Of a stretch of DNA of 64,000 nucleotides, positions 1 through 13,964 are shown piece by piece. Source of the DNA: Octopus sinensis (lineage: Eukaryota). Position numbers and translations under genes: made by a program. The notes under the pieces are model-generated. The model had not been told where the DNA came from, did not search any database, and saw nothing but the letters and a program-made list of their open reading frames with translations. The stretch is from the NCBI RefSeq assembly GCF_006345805.1, contig NC_042998.1, forward strand, positions 90,148,001 to 90,212,000. Direction: 5' to 3'. The first letter of the stretch is position 1; each line of letters begins with the position of its first letter.

Positions 1-766
1 TTAAGCTAAACTTGGATGAAGTTCAATCAAAATTCAATTATTTTGGTTTTAAAACCAAGCATTTAATACCCTCTATTTTTGCGCTTATGTGTTCCATTAC
101 CTCAATAGGAAGTACGTAGAAGCGTTTCATAAATTTTTGTTGATCAAATAATTGCATTGTTGAATTATTCTTTTAGATCAGTATTTCTCAACGGGGATTT
201 CAGGGAGAATTTCAGGGAGTCGCTGGCGATGTATCGTGATGATCAAAATTCCGGCCTGCTACAATTTGGTTAAAGTGATTCAAACTGCAGACTCAACGCA
301 AAATGGTCACATTTAATTCAAAGCGTTAAAAATGTTATGAAAACAATTGGTATGTGTTCACAAAGTCCAAACGATTAATACGAAAAATCCCTCCAGGCTA
401 CATCCCGAAAGTTCATTTCTTTGCCGAATTTCTACAATGTTTACGGCGATTCGTTTTTATATCTTGATTTTTTATTTTTCATGCAATTTAGGCATGCTTG
501 CACGCATGGTGAACACAGTTCACGTCAAACAGCTGACTGAATAAAGTTCACTATTCAATGCATGGGATAAGGCCTAAACAAACACATTATCGATTTTTGC
601 ACTTGCGAGATGAATTTCGGAACAGAAATAGCGCAGTTCAATTTTCATTCGCCTAAACTTTAAGTGACCCATTTTTTGTGGTTCTACGATTTATTGGCTA
701 GGAGGAGATGTCCGGGAAGTTAAACACACAGACACACACACAGATACACACACAGACACACAAGTT

Positions 767-768
<2 letters not shown>

Positions 769-829
<61 letters not shown>

Positions 830-1585
830 TATAGCACATAAGCTCTTGATTCATCGAAATCCTCTTCGTGAGAACAATAAACAATTGCGTTCTGGAAATT
901 ACAATCAGTTCAAAATGAGAACGGAAAATAATCTCAAACATCGAAAATTCTCCGAGCCTAACGTACCAATACGGAAAATATACCTAGAATATACGAAAAT
1001 ATTATCATGTATGGTATTTGTTATAGCTTTATACAATTTTTTAGTTCATATTATTGCCCCTGACTAGTCAAAGTTATTCATCTTCGTTCATTTTCATTTA
1101 TATTATGCAAATTAGCCTAGGCCATAAATGTTTCCTATTCTATATTGTATATCTAAGGATCTTGTACAAGAGATTGAAAATAGGATGTGCTGATGTGCTG
1201 ATGTGCTGATGACGCCTATTGATGTAGAGAGATATGTACGCTATTCGCTGCGTCTTCAGTCTATCGACAGACTTTTCTTTAACAGCATATCATTTTCGGA
1301 GAATACTTCGTAAGATAATTTCACTTTCTTACTTGGAATTGGTCACAATTGCCACAAAGCATTTGTGTATTCTTCTCTCGGAGGTAGAATAATTTCAATA
1401 AATCTTGTATATACTTTGCTATACCTTTATTCTCTTTGTTATATATGTCCATGCTACTGATTTTACTGAGATATTTCTCTTGGCCCATTTTTGTTGGTAT
1501 ACGCACATATTTATATGAGGGGATGCGTGTGTATAGTGATAGATAGATAGATAGATAGATAGATTGATTCATTGATTGATTCATT

Positions 1586-1673
<88 letters not shown>

Positions 1674-1928
1674 TACACGATGGTTTATTAGGCGTAAGAG
1701 TCTATAAGACTTCAGGTTTGACAGGCCTTTTTCTGAACAACCCTGCCTGTAATCCAATCTCTGGCTTTGTGTATATAAGACGTAGGTTAATTTTCTGGAA
1801 CATGACATTATTCTCTTGTAAGCCCCGAAATATGGTACATACACACACACACACATACATACACACGCACACATTCATGAATTTCAATTTCAAATATGTG
1901 TCAATGTGTGTCTGACTGCCTGTGTATC

Positions 1929-1960
<32 letters not shown>

Positions 1961-1995
1961 TGTATGTATGTATGTATGTATGTATGTATGTATGT
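769..1995. repeat. Microsatellite cluster (TA)n, (GATA)n, (TATG)n, representative of dozens across the window
   Basis: Directly visible. Similar arrays occur at about 17.4-18.3k, 19.4-20.5k, 27.4k, 30.2-31.8k, 32.1-32.7k, 33.4k, 36.9-37.2k, 44.1k (GAAA), 46.8k (TC), 50.7-51.0k, 53.1-53.5k, 55.1k, 57.0k and 59.3-61.6k (TAA). Confidence 0.95.
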
Positions 1996-4697
1996 GGACT
2001 TCAATCGTTGTATGAATAAAGTAATGTATTCGCTAGCAACATTACGCTCTAAATGCTGTGTTTATAACTACGTATATGAGCTTGAACTTCTTCCTTATCT
2101 TACATACGAAGATAATGTCTCTGAATGAAAGACAGGTAGAAACCAGAACAACTATAATTACAGAAGTTTATACTGATGTTTACATTAGCCGTGTAAGTAG
2201 ATCCGATTATATAAGTAATTCTATCTGACCGTGTCAAGGCAGTTGGCTGTCGCGTGCTGAAGGCTTTAAATAAACGAACATTTGACAGCTGGGGATATTC
2301 CTTCTCCTTCGAAGTTTGCCTTACAGGAAACTTCTTGGCGATTACGCATGCGTTCTAAAATTGTTGCATGCCAGCAGCAATTTTAGTACTTTCGCATATT
2401 TTTCCCAAACTCTTCTAACTTACAAATTATGCTATAAAGTTGATTATTCGTTCAAACTGTGTCAATAAATCAAATTTGTTGTTTACAGTGTGACGTTAGC
2501 CATGAAAGAGCGGATTCATTGCGGAAGATGTTCTAGCCATGGCCATCCCACCCTTATTGAGGCACAGTGCGTGTAGAATTACATCATTTAACATTATTTA
2601 ATGCTGTATCTGTTTTTACTTTTACAGTAGGATGTGGCCTAATTATGTGTACTCATTTTACAAGCTAAGGTTATAGGTTCGATGAGCGGTGTATTGTCTT
2701 TGAGGAAGGTACCACGTTTAATGTTTTTCCAGTCTACTCAGCTAAAACTGAGTATCAGGCGATAGTTGATGCAGCCCTCTCTCCTCTCAGATGTTATACC
2801 CTGGATGTTCTGCTGGGGACATGAGTGAGAAAGCCAAACGAGTGTCTACGTCTACTTGAAACTACATAGGTCTCCGAAACAATCATCAAAAACACACTTC
2901 TTACTAAGTTATATTTGCATTTACTGTTTCCAACAGCAATCATCACTTCTTTATGACATTCATTCGTAGCAATGTGAACTAATCCGACGAAATTTAAGTG
3001 ACGTTACAAAGTAATGACGACAGGATAGCACGGACTGATGGGATTTAGGCAACTAGTATCACTTACAGTCGATGCCATTCTCGATGCGATAAATCGATAG
3101 AGGTTTTCTAATTTATGTAATCAGTAGTTCCTACAAGTAGGTAATCACTTTTATTGATCTCGTAACCATTAGCGTCGTATTACAACACAGCCAATACCTA
3201 TAACCTTTGCAGGTCTTCCCAGACTGGCGAAGTCGATGCTGTTGATATCTGATATAGATTCCTACAAGTTGATGTCTCATCGGAAATGCGAAAGGGAGAT
3301 AGTTGTGGAAAGTCACAGAAGACAGTATTTCATAAAATTTTAGAAAGTTAGAGGTGAAATGGTAGAAAGATGAGAATTGAGTGCATTAGCTGGTATAACA
3401 GCTTGTTAGTTCAGAAGTGTCGAAACTGTTTTATTAACGGTAGAAGAAATAGTAAAGGGTCACACTGCATACGTGGACTAATGGATATAATGTGTGAACG
3501 AATGAATTTCAGTCAATCTGATGGATACCTAATTTTTATGCATTCCAAAGTCTGTGCGTGAATAGCAACTGTTCCGTTCCAGATGTGTGAGTAATTCTCT
3601 AATGAATGTCGCCAATGTATTTTCGAGCCATGGCAAAGAAGTTTGAAAATGTAATTAGATGCAGTTTTATGTTTGTGTATTCCAGCAAAAGCCCTTTAGA
3701 GATCTCTATGGAATTTATGTATGCATAGCATTGAGGTTCTTCTTGCGCATGAACAATTTATTGAGAAATGAAGGCTAGTGTTACCTTATCCAGTACGTTG
3801 CTTGCAAGAGAATCTGAGAAAGATGAGGTACAGTGGGAGAGTTTGGATAGGACTTTCTTCAGATATTTAAAACAAAGTTGTGGTTTTCATAAACTAGACA
3901 TTCAATTCCTATCCACTTAACTAACGCCATTTCTATTGAACAGTAAATTAATACCAGTTCAATTTGACACAGAAAGATGAAGAGAGGTTATTAATACCTA
4001 AATATCAAATAAATCGATGTTTCAAGACTATCGAACAAATTTTCAACAAGCCTATCTTCTAGTTTTATCCACCTTAAATTAATTATTATTCCACTGAAAG
4101 ATAGATCTTTTTATATAGCTTCTAGGTTGCTTTTCCTAACCAGAAATTTTTATTTATTTTGCTTACATATTTAAATTAATATTTTTGTTTGTCAAATTTC
4201 CTATAGTTATTACATTACTTCATCTCTTAGTTTTATTTATTGCCAGTCAATAAATTTCTTTTAGTTTTTATTTTCTTATCCGCAAGTTATTTTATTTTAT
4301 TTCTTTTCCTGGCTTTCGTAGCTTTTCGTTTGTTTATTCTATTCTAGTAAAAGCAAATGTGAGATGAGTTTGAGTACTGAAAAAAAAAACTCTTTTGTTA
4401 TTTTTTTTTCTCTCGAGCCCTAAGACACATATGGTTAGTTGCCTGGTTTCCAGAATTAAAACATTAACAGTGACCTGACTGCCGTTCGGTCAGAGTTCAA
4501 GGCCCTTAATTATTTTGAGGTGAAGGGACAAGTCGATTATATCAAACCCAATATTTCACTCGTATTTTACTTTATCAACCCCGAGGGGATAAAAGCAAAG
4601 CTGACCTCGGTGGGATTTGGACTCAGCATGTAAAGGGCCTGAAGAAACGGCACTAATCATTTTGTCCGACGTGCTAACAATTTTGTCGGCTTCTCTA

Positions 4698-5480
4698 AGG
4701 TGGCGAGCTGGCAGAAACGTTAGCACACCGGGCGAAATTCTTAGCGGTATTTCGTCTGTCTTTACGTTCCGAGTTCAAATTCCGCTGAGGTCGACTTTGC
4801 CTTTCATCCTTTTGGGATCGATAAATTAAGTACCAGTTACGCACTGGGGTCGATGTGATCGACTTAATCCGTTTGTCTGTCCTTGTTTGTCCCCTTGTTG
4901 GCGATAAAGAAATAAGAAACGTTAGCACGCCGGGCAAAATGCTTAGCGGTATTCCGTCTGTCTTTACGTTCTGAGTTCAAATTCCGCCGAGGTCGACTTT
5001 GCCTTTCATCCTTTCGGGATCGATAAATTAAGTACCAGTTACGTACTGGGGTCGATATAATCGACTTAATCCGTTTGTCTGTCCTTGTTTGTCCTCTCTG
5101 TGCTTAGCCCCTTGTGGGTAGTAAAGAAATAAGTATTTCGTCTGTCTTTACGTTCTGGGTTCAAATTCCGCCGAGGACGACTTTGACTTTCATCCTTTCG
5201 GGATCGATAAATTAAGTACCAGTTACGCACGGGGGTCGATATAATCGACTTAATCCGTTTGTCTGTCCGTGTTTGTCCTCTCTGTGCTTAGCCCCTTGTG
5301 GGTAATAAAGAAATAGGTATTTCATCTGTCTTTACGTTCTGAGTTCAAATTCGGCCGAGGTCGACTTTGACTTTCATCCTTTTCGAATCGATAAATTAAG
5401 TATCAGTTGCATACTGGGTCGATGTAATTGACTGGCCCCCTCCCCCAAAATTTCGGGCCTTGTGCTTAGAGTGGAAAAGT
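4698..5480 (+). mobile_element. tRNA-derived SINE family A, four head-to-tail units
   Basis: Head GGCGAGCTGGCAGAAACGTTAGC (A-box-like) and GAGTTCAAATTCCGCCGAGG (B-box-like). The body is repeated four times. A reverse partial copy lies at about 4500-4690. Confidence 0.85.
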
Positions 5481-6103
5481 TTGTCAGTTTCTCTACATTC
5501 TTCTCTGTCAGAGAAGAAATGCTAAACCTGAAATACTTCATTTTGTGGCATATTAATAATTTACTTTACACGGAACTGAGGAACCTTACTGACACAATCA
5601 ACCAGTTATCTTAGCTTCTAATTATGGTAATAATGACTAGACTTATTTCTGATTCTCAATCATGCTATGCTAATATTCCTTGTCAACCAATTATTCAACA
5701 GTGTCAATCCTTATCAGCCAATCCCAACCAAACATTTACGTGCTTAATTTACCGTAATCTTGTTATTTCTACAATGCAGCTTTGTCCAACCAACTTTTCC
5801 ATAAACGGATGGTCTCATTAACCACTGACCACTTGTCACACCCATACAGTTATATTCCGATATTTAACTCACTTTCCTCTCGATAACTTACACATGATTA
5901 TGTTCCAACTTATTGTTCACATGCAAACAACTGGCTTGTAATTGTTTTTATTAGACTATCGCATTTCTCTGAGCGAGTAGCCTAAACTGCTGGTAAAACA
6001 GACGAGATTGAACCATATTACGTATTTTCTTATGCTTGGGGTTTCTAGGTTTAGAGAGAGCCTAAACTCTGTCTGCTATGTTGATACCTTAATGTACGAC
6101 ATA

Positions 6104-6290
6104 AGGCGGCGAGCTGGCAGAAGTGTTCACACGCCGGCCAAAATGCTTTGCAACATTTCATTCGCCAAGGTAGACTTTACCGTTCATTCTTTCAAGGTCG
6201 ATAAAATAAGTACCGGCTGAGTATTGGGGTCGATTTCATCGACATACCCCCTCCCCTAGATTGCTGGCCTTGAGTCAAAATTTGAAACCA
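6104..6290 (+). mobile_element. SINE family A
   Basis: aaggcggcgagctggcagaa... with the shared gtcgataaaataagtacc body. Confidence 0.8.
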
Positions 6291-9200
6291 GTGTACAACA
6301 GACAAAATCTTCAGTTATGATCCCACAAGCTAAGTAGAGTTAAAGAAAGCTTTTAATTTCATATCATAATGCCTGGTTTCGCGAGTAATTTCTTGTGTGA
6401 GTATGTTAGAATGATAAAATTGATTATAACTGAACAGGACCAAACTGTTGTTGATTCTAATTCCCCAAAATCTGCTTCGCCTTTAATCCTTACACTTTCA
6501 ATAGATAAATATAAATTTGTTTATTTATGAAATTTATTCATGTAAATACAATGGTGTATACCTCGTCTCTTAACAAAAGCAAATGTTAACTTAATCCTAA
6601 TTAAAAGAAATCATTATACTTGGAGATATTAGACGATGGATTTGTTTTATTCGATGGATCTTAGCTAAATTTATTCTAGTATTTCATACAACGATGTTCT
6701 GAATTAATATTAATGTCTTGTATAAATAACTACATATACAATGTAGCCTGGTGTGTTGAATTTTTGGACTTATGCACACTTTAATGTACATTTTTCCTAA
6801 GATATGTTCGAAATTAAATCATTGCTGTATTAAAGTGTGTTCAGATACCACTGGAATCAAACTTGGGTTTCATTCTGCTGGTATGGATAAATCCTGGCAA
6901 TTAATGACATGTCAAGGATTTGATTGCGAGATATATCTCTAGGTTAGTACGACCTTTTCAAATTGTGTGGACACTTGCATAAACTGTAGCCACTTACATC
7001 ACTTCCAAGAGAAGACTTGCGTCATTCCCTATCTTTAAACTGGTTAAAGAGAAAATGTAACAAAATAATGAGACTAAGATATTATATTTTTTAATTAATT
7101 ATGAACGATAACATCAGCTAAATAATAGCAAATAAAACACGGTGAAAAGCCCAGCGCACCTGGACTTTTAGCGTGGGAGTGTTAGTATCTTCTATTCGTC
7201 AAAACACCAAGGTCTGTGTAGTAAATGCTATTCTGAATTCAGTTCTGTCTACTTAAAAGACCAGAAGAAATGTCAACAACTTTCAAAATTAGAAGTATTA
7301 AAACTTCTTCTGCTCTTGAAAAGTGAAGAAGTTAATAAGTATGCTATGAAAGAAGAAAAGTTCATTCAATTGGTCTGAGTAATTTGGTATTAATAAGTTG
7401 TGTAAGTTTTCGTTCGCAAATTTCACATTTTAATAAGCTAAATCTTCATTGTTCTGATATAAATATCTCTTAATTTTAAAAACTTTTCAATTGCGTTTTC
7501 CGTTCAGATCTAGTAGTTTCAATATCGAGTCGTTTCATAATTTTCTAGATAAATCTTCAATGCGATTAATACCAATTGTAAACAAATCATACCGAATCAT
7601 TCTCAAGCTTTGCTGGTATATATATGGATATTCGTTTAAAATTTTAGATGTTCTCAATCAAAATTTTGAGTTTCAATTCAATTTGTATTTTCTTTTATTA
7701 TACAATAGCAAAACAATCAGCATTTGAAACATGAATTTGAGGAAACGCCATTTTAGCAGACTGAGCCAAAACTCCATATCTCCTATAAATCTCATAAACT
7801 TGACCATTCGTTTTTTATTTGTTTTTGCTTTTGCTTTTTGTTTTGTTTTTTCACATACTATCAAGTTGACATTCACTTGAAATCAAACACTATTTCAAGA
7901 ACTTTAAGAAATTAGCTAGAGATAGTTAAAAAAAATAATTGCTTTTCTAAACACAGTGAGAGAGTGGGGGAAAGAAAGAGAAAGCGTAGATGGGGTGGCA
8001 GCAACAGTGATTCCCTTTCGTTATACACATGCACACACACACACACTTCTCTGTGTGTGCGCGCACGCGTCTGTCTGCATTGTGTGTGTGTGCGCGCGTG
8101 TGCGTGTGTGTGTGTATGCGTGTGCATGTGTGTGTATGTGTGTGCGTGTGTTTGATCAATAAAATTCAAGTAGCATTCAAAAATGCCATCTGGAAGTACA
8201 ATATCCTTGAAACCATTTCAAAATGGACATTTTGTAGTGACAAAATATCCAACACGAAGAAAGAAATTCATCTCTTTAAGCAAATAATTTGAGAAGCTAT
8301 AACTGTCTTATAACTCAAGGAGTTCTTATAAAATATTTTATAGACGTAATTTGATCAATGTATTGGTTCTTCTCAAATATACTGAGGCTCGGCTTTTGAG
8401 TCTCTGTTATACATATTGTTCATTGTTCAAATTGTATAAATCTAAAACTTTTAAATACTGAACACATCTATTGATTCTACTGCCATATCCTTAGATACTC
8501 ATCACGCTAATTTATTTTCATTTTTCTCTATTTCTCAATTACTTTACTGTTTACATTTGTAATCTTATAAGACTAGTTTTAAATCACATACAATCATGTA
8601 AGATAACGTGTTTATAATGTTTCTCTATCTATTCTATGAGACATTTCAGCTAATAAACTATTCCGTTTCTATCGGTCGGTTCTTTTTTATTTTACAAACT
8701 TTTTAGACCGCCTATTACACTTTGTCAAGGGCATGTATCACCATATGGAAAAGATTAGTAAATAATTCTATACGTTTTGCTTTTAAGTCATCCAAATTCT
8801 CTGATCTCGTTCTCCACCTTCCAAATGATGGATCCTCTGATCGTAATCTCTTGACCTTTGCATTGGTGACAACGCCAAGCCGATAACAACACAAAACCAC
8901 CATGGAGCCGAAACAAACATATCTTTGAAACCTGATCTGAATAGAAACATGTGAACCTCCAACCTCAACCCTAGCATTTTAGATCTGTAAAACATGAACA
9001 CAAATTTATAATTCATATTAAATAAATTCCGCATACTTCTTGAAATTACATAATAATACAATTAGAAAAAATATTTGCAAATAAGATGGATAGTATATTA
9101 TTTATGTGTAACTAAGACGTTACAAATACACCACGGATAAATTTAGTGTTAAATTTAGTGATAAATAGCTCCAGAAAGCTAAACACCAAAAAGGACATAG

Positions 9201-9890
9201 CCGTCACTCGCAAGCAAGTCTAAGTTGGTAGTAAATACCATTCTTCCAGTGATGCTTTAAATGCCTACGTAGTTGTGAACAGACACAGGAATTTTTTTAC
9301 TTTTCCTACCCGTTACCCAGTAGAATATTTGAGGATGATGTGCTTTGCATATGGACTGAATACGCCACCGGTCCAGAAATTGAACCAACGACCATGGGGA
9401 CATATAGTTTAATTGATGATAAGTGAAATTATAAAAAGCAATCCTGCGAAAATTTACAAGTTACTGTAGTACTGCTAGCAATGTATTCATTTTTTTGTTT
9501 CATTTATTTATTTGCTTGTGTTAAAACCGGTGTTTGTACAACCCCCCGCTTGTATTTTATGTATCAGTCATACGTCCCACATGACACAGCCAAAGTCATA
9601 TGCGCTGTTATATCACACACTTTTTAATGGTATCTTCAAGAAGTGCTTCCTTTCAGAGTTTTCTTTCATCATAACATCTAAAGTATAATGTGTAAAATAC
9701 ATTTTGTGCAATGGCACTTGAAATGAATATGAAGCCAGTACTCGGCTTAATTCTTAGTTGTAATCATTTTACTTCACTTACGTGCAAAAGCATGTATGTC
9801 ACAAATCTCACACACATCCCTATAGATTTAAAGCCTTGTGTTTATCTGCTTTTTTTTTAAATCGTTACTTACAAATCATGTTCATTTTAG

Positions 9891-9926
9891 GGACTATTTT
9901 GAATACTGATAAGATTTTCTCCGGAG
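9891..9926 (+). other. Candidate 36-nt 5'UTR or micro-exon
   Basis: Strong splice consensus on both sides (ttcattttag|...GAG|gtaagt). No independent support. Confidence 0.2.
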
Positions 9927-11189
9927 GTAAGTGAAACCGATGTAGAATAAAACTTAACCTTTCTATAAATGAATCTTCACTTTCTATTATTTATAAATCT
10001 AAACTAGATGATAAGACCCTTCAATTAATGTAAACTGGTTACTCGAATTTCTAATATATTCGTATATTTTGAAAGTATTTTTCTGCATTACACATATGTG
10101 TCACGTTTTTCTTATAACTTTAACAAGAAAATGTTTTAGTCAAGCAATGATATAAAATAAATGAATTTATTTGAGTGAGGATTCTATAACCATTTCACGG
10201 TATTACTCACTAGAACACTACCAAACTCTAGTTTCTCTTTTTCTTGTTTATTAATAGTAGTTCGTAAGATATGACTAAGACAGTATTTTTACACCGAAAT
10301 GAGATCACAGTTCATGGTTAGTCGATCAGTAACCATCCTCTTGAAAAACCTACAAAATATTTCGTTTCGGTAAAACGTGATGTAATGGCTATTTCAGTTA
10401 CACTGTTCGTCTTACATCCACACGACTGTTTACTGTAAGTATCTCACTAAGTTCTCTTTGTTGCACATCTTTGCGTATCTTATCCCTATCACGTAGGATA
10501 AAAATTTGATCACAAATCCAGTGAGTTGACATGTCATTCTGAGTCTATTGTACACATCAACAGAACAAGGGAATATAACTAATAAAAGGAGTAAAGAAAT
10601 ATATTTATTTCACTGGTACTTTGGCGTGGATAGCGGTTAGTGTATGATATTCTTTGTGATTTCCTTATCGAAATCGAATGGCTAGATTAATAAAGTATCG
10701 AACGATCAAAGCATGGATTAAATTGATATATGTATTATACATATACATATGTATATGTATATGTATAATGTATTTTGATGGGAGGATTCTTAAGATAAAA
10801 AAAATACAGTTACTTGCGGATAAAAAAAAAACAATATAAGTCATTGATCAACATTATTCTAATTATTTTGGTAACAACCCAGCAGGCTATAACCCAGCAG
10901 TTAGAGTCCCGGGTTCATGACCGTTACATAATGGGTTCGATCACCCGGCCAGAGTTATGTCTTTGAATGAGACACATCATTTCAGCTGAAAAGAGTGCAA
11001 GTAATTGGCTATATTCGAAAAAGGCAAGACACTCAATGACCGAATGAAGGCCCATGCCAGTATAGGCAGTAACTCGCTGAACGTTTACTGCAAGAGACAC
11101 CCATCGTTACCACATCTGTGCAAAAGAGTGTAGGTCCCTAGCAGAAAATAAAGAAACGATGGTATGACTCAAAATCGAAATGTGACCCA

Positions 11190-11220
<31 letters not shown>

Positions 11221-11569
11221 ACTATTACAATACTAGTCTAGCTTCCATCGCTTCAAAATTCTCTCAAATGGATTCAAAAGTAAAAGAAGCAGGACCAGTT
11301 TTGTAAGACTCAATATTTTAACAAATATATACGGTGTACTTTAGCTATTTGGGAACAAAATTTTAATTTCCGGAAAGCAAAAATATTTATCAAGAAAACT
11401 CACATATTTTCATAGAATTTAGTACGTATATTCTTATAAACGCATAGCAAATTGCTATTTCATAAAACCGCCATCAGCTTCATATTACTGCCTTGATACA
11501 GCCTCTGAAACGACTAAATTCGTTGATCATGTGATCTTTATTCTTGTTGACCATATCGTTCCCAGTAGC

Positions 11570-12320
11570 AGATATCAATGAGTCCGTGCGGGCATGCTTG
11601 TTCTCCCTCTCAACGATGCCACAGACGTAATAATCTAGAGTGGGGAGTCAATCGTGAGAGCAAGGAGGCTTAATGTAAAGGATAATATGATCATGAAAAT
11701 TTCCGGCCATCCACTCCTGGGCTGTGCAACATGTGTGCGAGGAAGAAGAGTCTTGTGGAACACACACAGCATCCCTCGAGCAATTCTCTCGTTCCAGGGC
11801 TTGACAAACGTTTTCATTTCCTCGATACAGCTTGCAACATTGACTCTTAGGCCTGTGGGGAAAAAATTAGAAGGCATGGCTTGTCCCTCATTGCTCACGA
11901 CACCCAAGGCCATCGCAAACGATGAAACTTTTGTTCATAACTGGGGATTTCAATGGGGCTGGTGCAGAAACACCTGCTATTTCTCCTATTCAGTTTTTTT
12001 TATATTGGACAAGTTCTTCTCATCTGAGAAGAGCCAGAGCAGGTCGAGCTCCCCAAGAAGCTTCAGCTTATTTTACAAGCCCTTCGACCGGATCACACGG
12101 TACTCGCTGGGGTTCATGTTGATGATGCCCTGGATTTGCTAGACAAACATGACTTTTCTGATAATGTCTAACAATCGAGATTTTTTTTTCTTTCGACCAT
12201 GGAAAACACCTTCCCTCCAGAAGCTCTTTCCTGATCTTTAACGCGAAAGACCTGGTAACATTTAAGTAAGTTGCAGTCTCAGAATTACTGTGACAGGCGG
12301 ATAAGGTGATGAGAACGACA
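11570..12320 (-). pseudogene. Decayed mariner-superfamily transposase
   Basis: Frameshifted LLWLFSDEKN, LGVVSNEGQAMP..FFPTGLRVN...VKPW and PTLDYYVCGIVERE motifs. Confidence 0.8.
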
Positions 12321-12914
12321 CTTTTTTTTCTCTGTTGAAGCTGAAAAAGAAATGAGAGGATATTTCGTTAAAGTTTCGGCCACTTATGGTTCTTAAAAGT
12401 TTTGTACTCAAATAGCTGACGTGCTCTCTTTATATATATATATATATATATCCAACAGCGATTACTTTTTATTCATGATAACTCGACCGATATCAATAAC
12501 AATTATTTGGAAATCTTTACGAAAAGTTTCTGAAATCAGAGTATCAATTAAATTTTTTGCTTAAAGAAAGAAAGCATATTTTCATATTCAAATTACGTTA
12601 GATGTTATATATAGCTAACCTTAAACAGTCTTAACATATAAGGTCATCAAAATATGCGTATTTCGTCAATGGCTGTAATACAAATTCCTAATCTATAACA
12701 AAAGAAGACAAATTCCAGATTCTTGAGAGTAACGTCTAACGTGTAAAGTCAAACTGTTAATCTTTGATTATTGTTTTGTTGTGTTTTATACTACAAAGGC
12801 TGTATTTCAAGAGAATGTTATAAAAACGATGTGTAAAGTTCATGCCATTCCCAGGAGCATTACAGATGTGAGTGAACTTGCGTAAAACCGGAATTAAAAC
12901 CTTTTCTATAGCGG

Positions 12915-13382
12915 TTCTTTAGAGTATGTTTTTGTACTTTATGTATTATTTTGTAACGAAATACTTTTGTAGTGAGTCTGAAAGAGATTAGTGTTTTCTG
13001 ACTTAACCATTCCCTTTAATGTTTTAACCAAGTTTCATGCGAAACTTTCCTCATAGTCCCATTCCTGCAATTTCGTCTTTTAGTAATCTTCACTTTTTGA
13101 TCTTTTCTACTTCTTTGTCACTTATGCGTGCATCTCCAGGTATTGCAATATCTATGAACTTGGTTTCTTTTTTTCCTTTATCTACTACAACAATATCTAG
13201 TTTCCGAGCCGCGATTAGGGAGTAACATTGGATTGTAAAATTTCACATTATCTTATGTTCTTTGTTCTCGGTGGCACCTTCTGGTTCATGTTCTTACCAT
13301 TTCTGTGCTCTGTTCAGGCCGTACTTTTCACATAGCCATCAGTGAGCGAACTTAGCTACTTTATCGTACCTCCTTCTGTAGT
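12915..13382 (-). mobile_element. Dong/R4-like RLE endonuclease fragment
   Basis: Minus strand gives RRYDKVAKFAH.WLCEKYGL...EHEPEG...IAARKLDIVVVDK..KETKFIDIAIPGDARISDKEVEKI, with in-frame stops. Confidence 0.8.
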
Positions 13383-13700
13383 GATAATAAACATCATATC
13401 GGTAAAATTAATATTTAAGTATATAATTATAAATATATAATTATAATTAAGGGTGATGGAAAGACAACACCCATATGCTAGAAGTAGATGTCAAATGTCT
13501 ACAAACCACTTTAAATTTGTTCATTTTTGCACAACTCTGAATGTAAAGAAATGGACAAGATTTATTAAATTTCGAACAACTCTATATCTTAAGATACGTG
13601 TTTTGTAATAAAAATTACTTTACAGTCTTCAGGTTAAGTATACCGACAACATATAAGTGAAAACAATATATATACATACCGATAAATACTTATATACTTA

Positions 13701-13730
<30 letters not shown>

Positions 13731-13731
<1 letters not shown>

Positions 13732-13959
13732 TGGGTTGGTGTATAATTATTACGGCATTTTTCAACAAATTTTATTCAACAAGAACAATAACAACATCTA
13801 GCAAAAACATCTTTAAATGATTATTCCAGAGCAATAATTTCTCATTTGCTTGGCAGACGGTCAGACCGTCATTTAAAGATGCTTTTGTTACATATTGTTA
13901 TTGTTTTTGTTGAATAAAATTTGTTAGAAAAAAGCCGCAATAATTATGCACCAACCCAA
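13731..13959. mobile_element. Mariner MITE with about 30-bp TIRs, TA-flanked
   Basis: Left TTGGGTTGGTGTATAATTATTACGGC and right revcomp TTGGGTTGGTGCATAATTATTGCGGC, embedded in (TA)n. Confidence 0.85.
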
Positions 13960-13964
13960 TATAT

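Noticed and set aside
4698-5480. CRISPR-like or satellite array
   Set aside because: The units are SINE bodies with no unique spacers, in a eukaryotic context.
11654-12142. Plus-strand 162-aa ORF and a GDFN motif suggesting a LINE endonuclease
   Set aside because: It is the antisense frame of the decayed mariner transposase on the minus strand.
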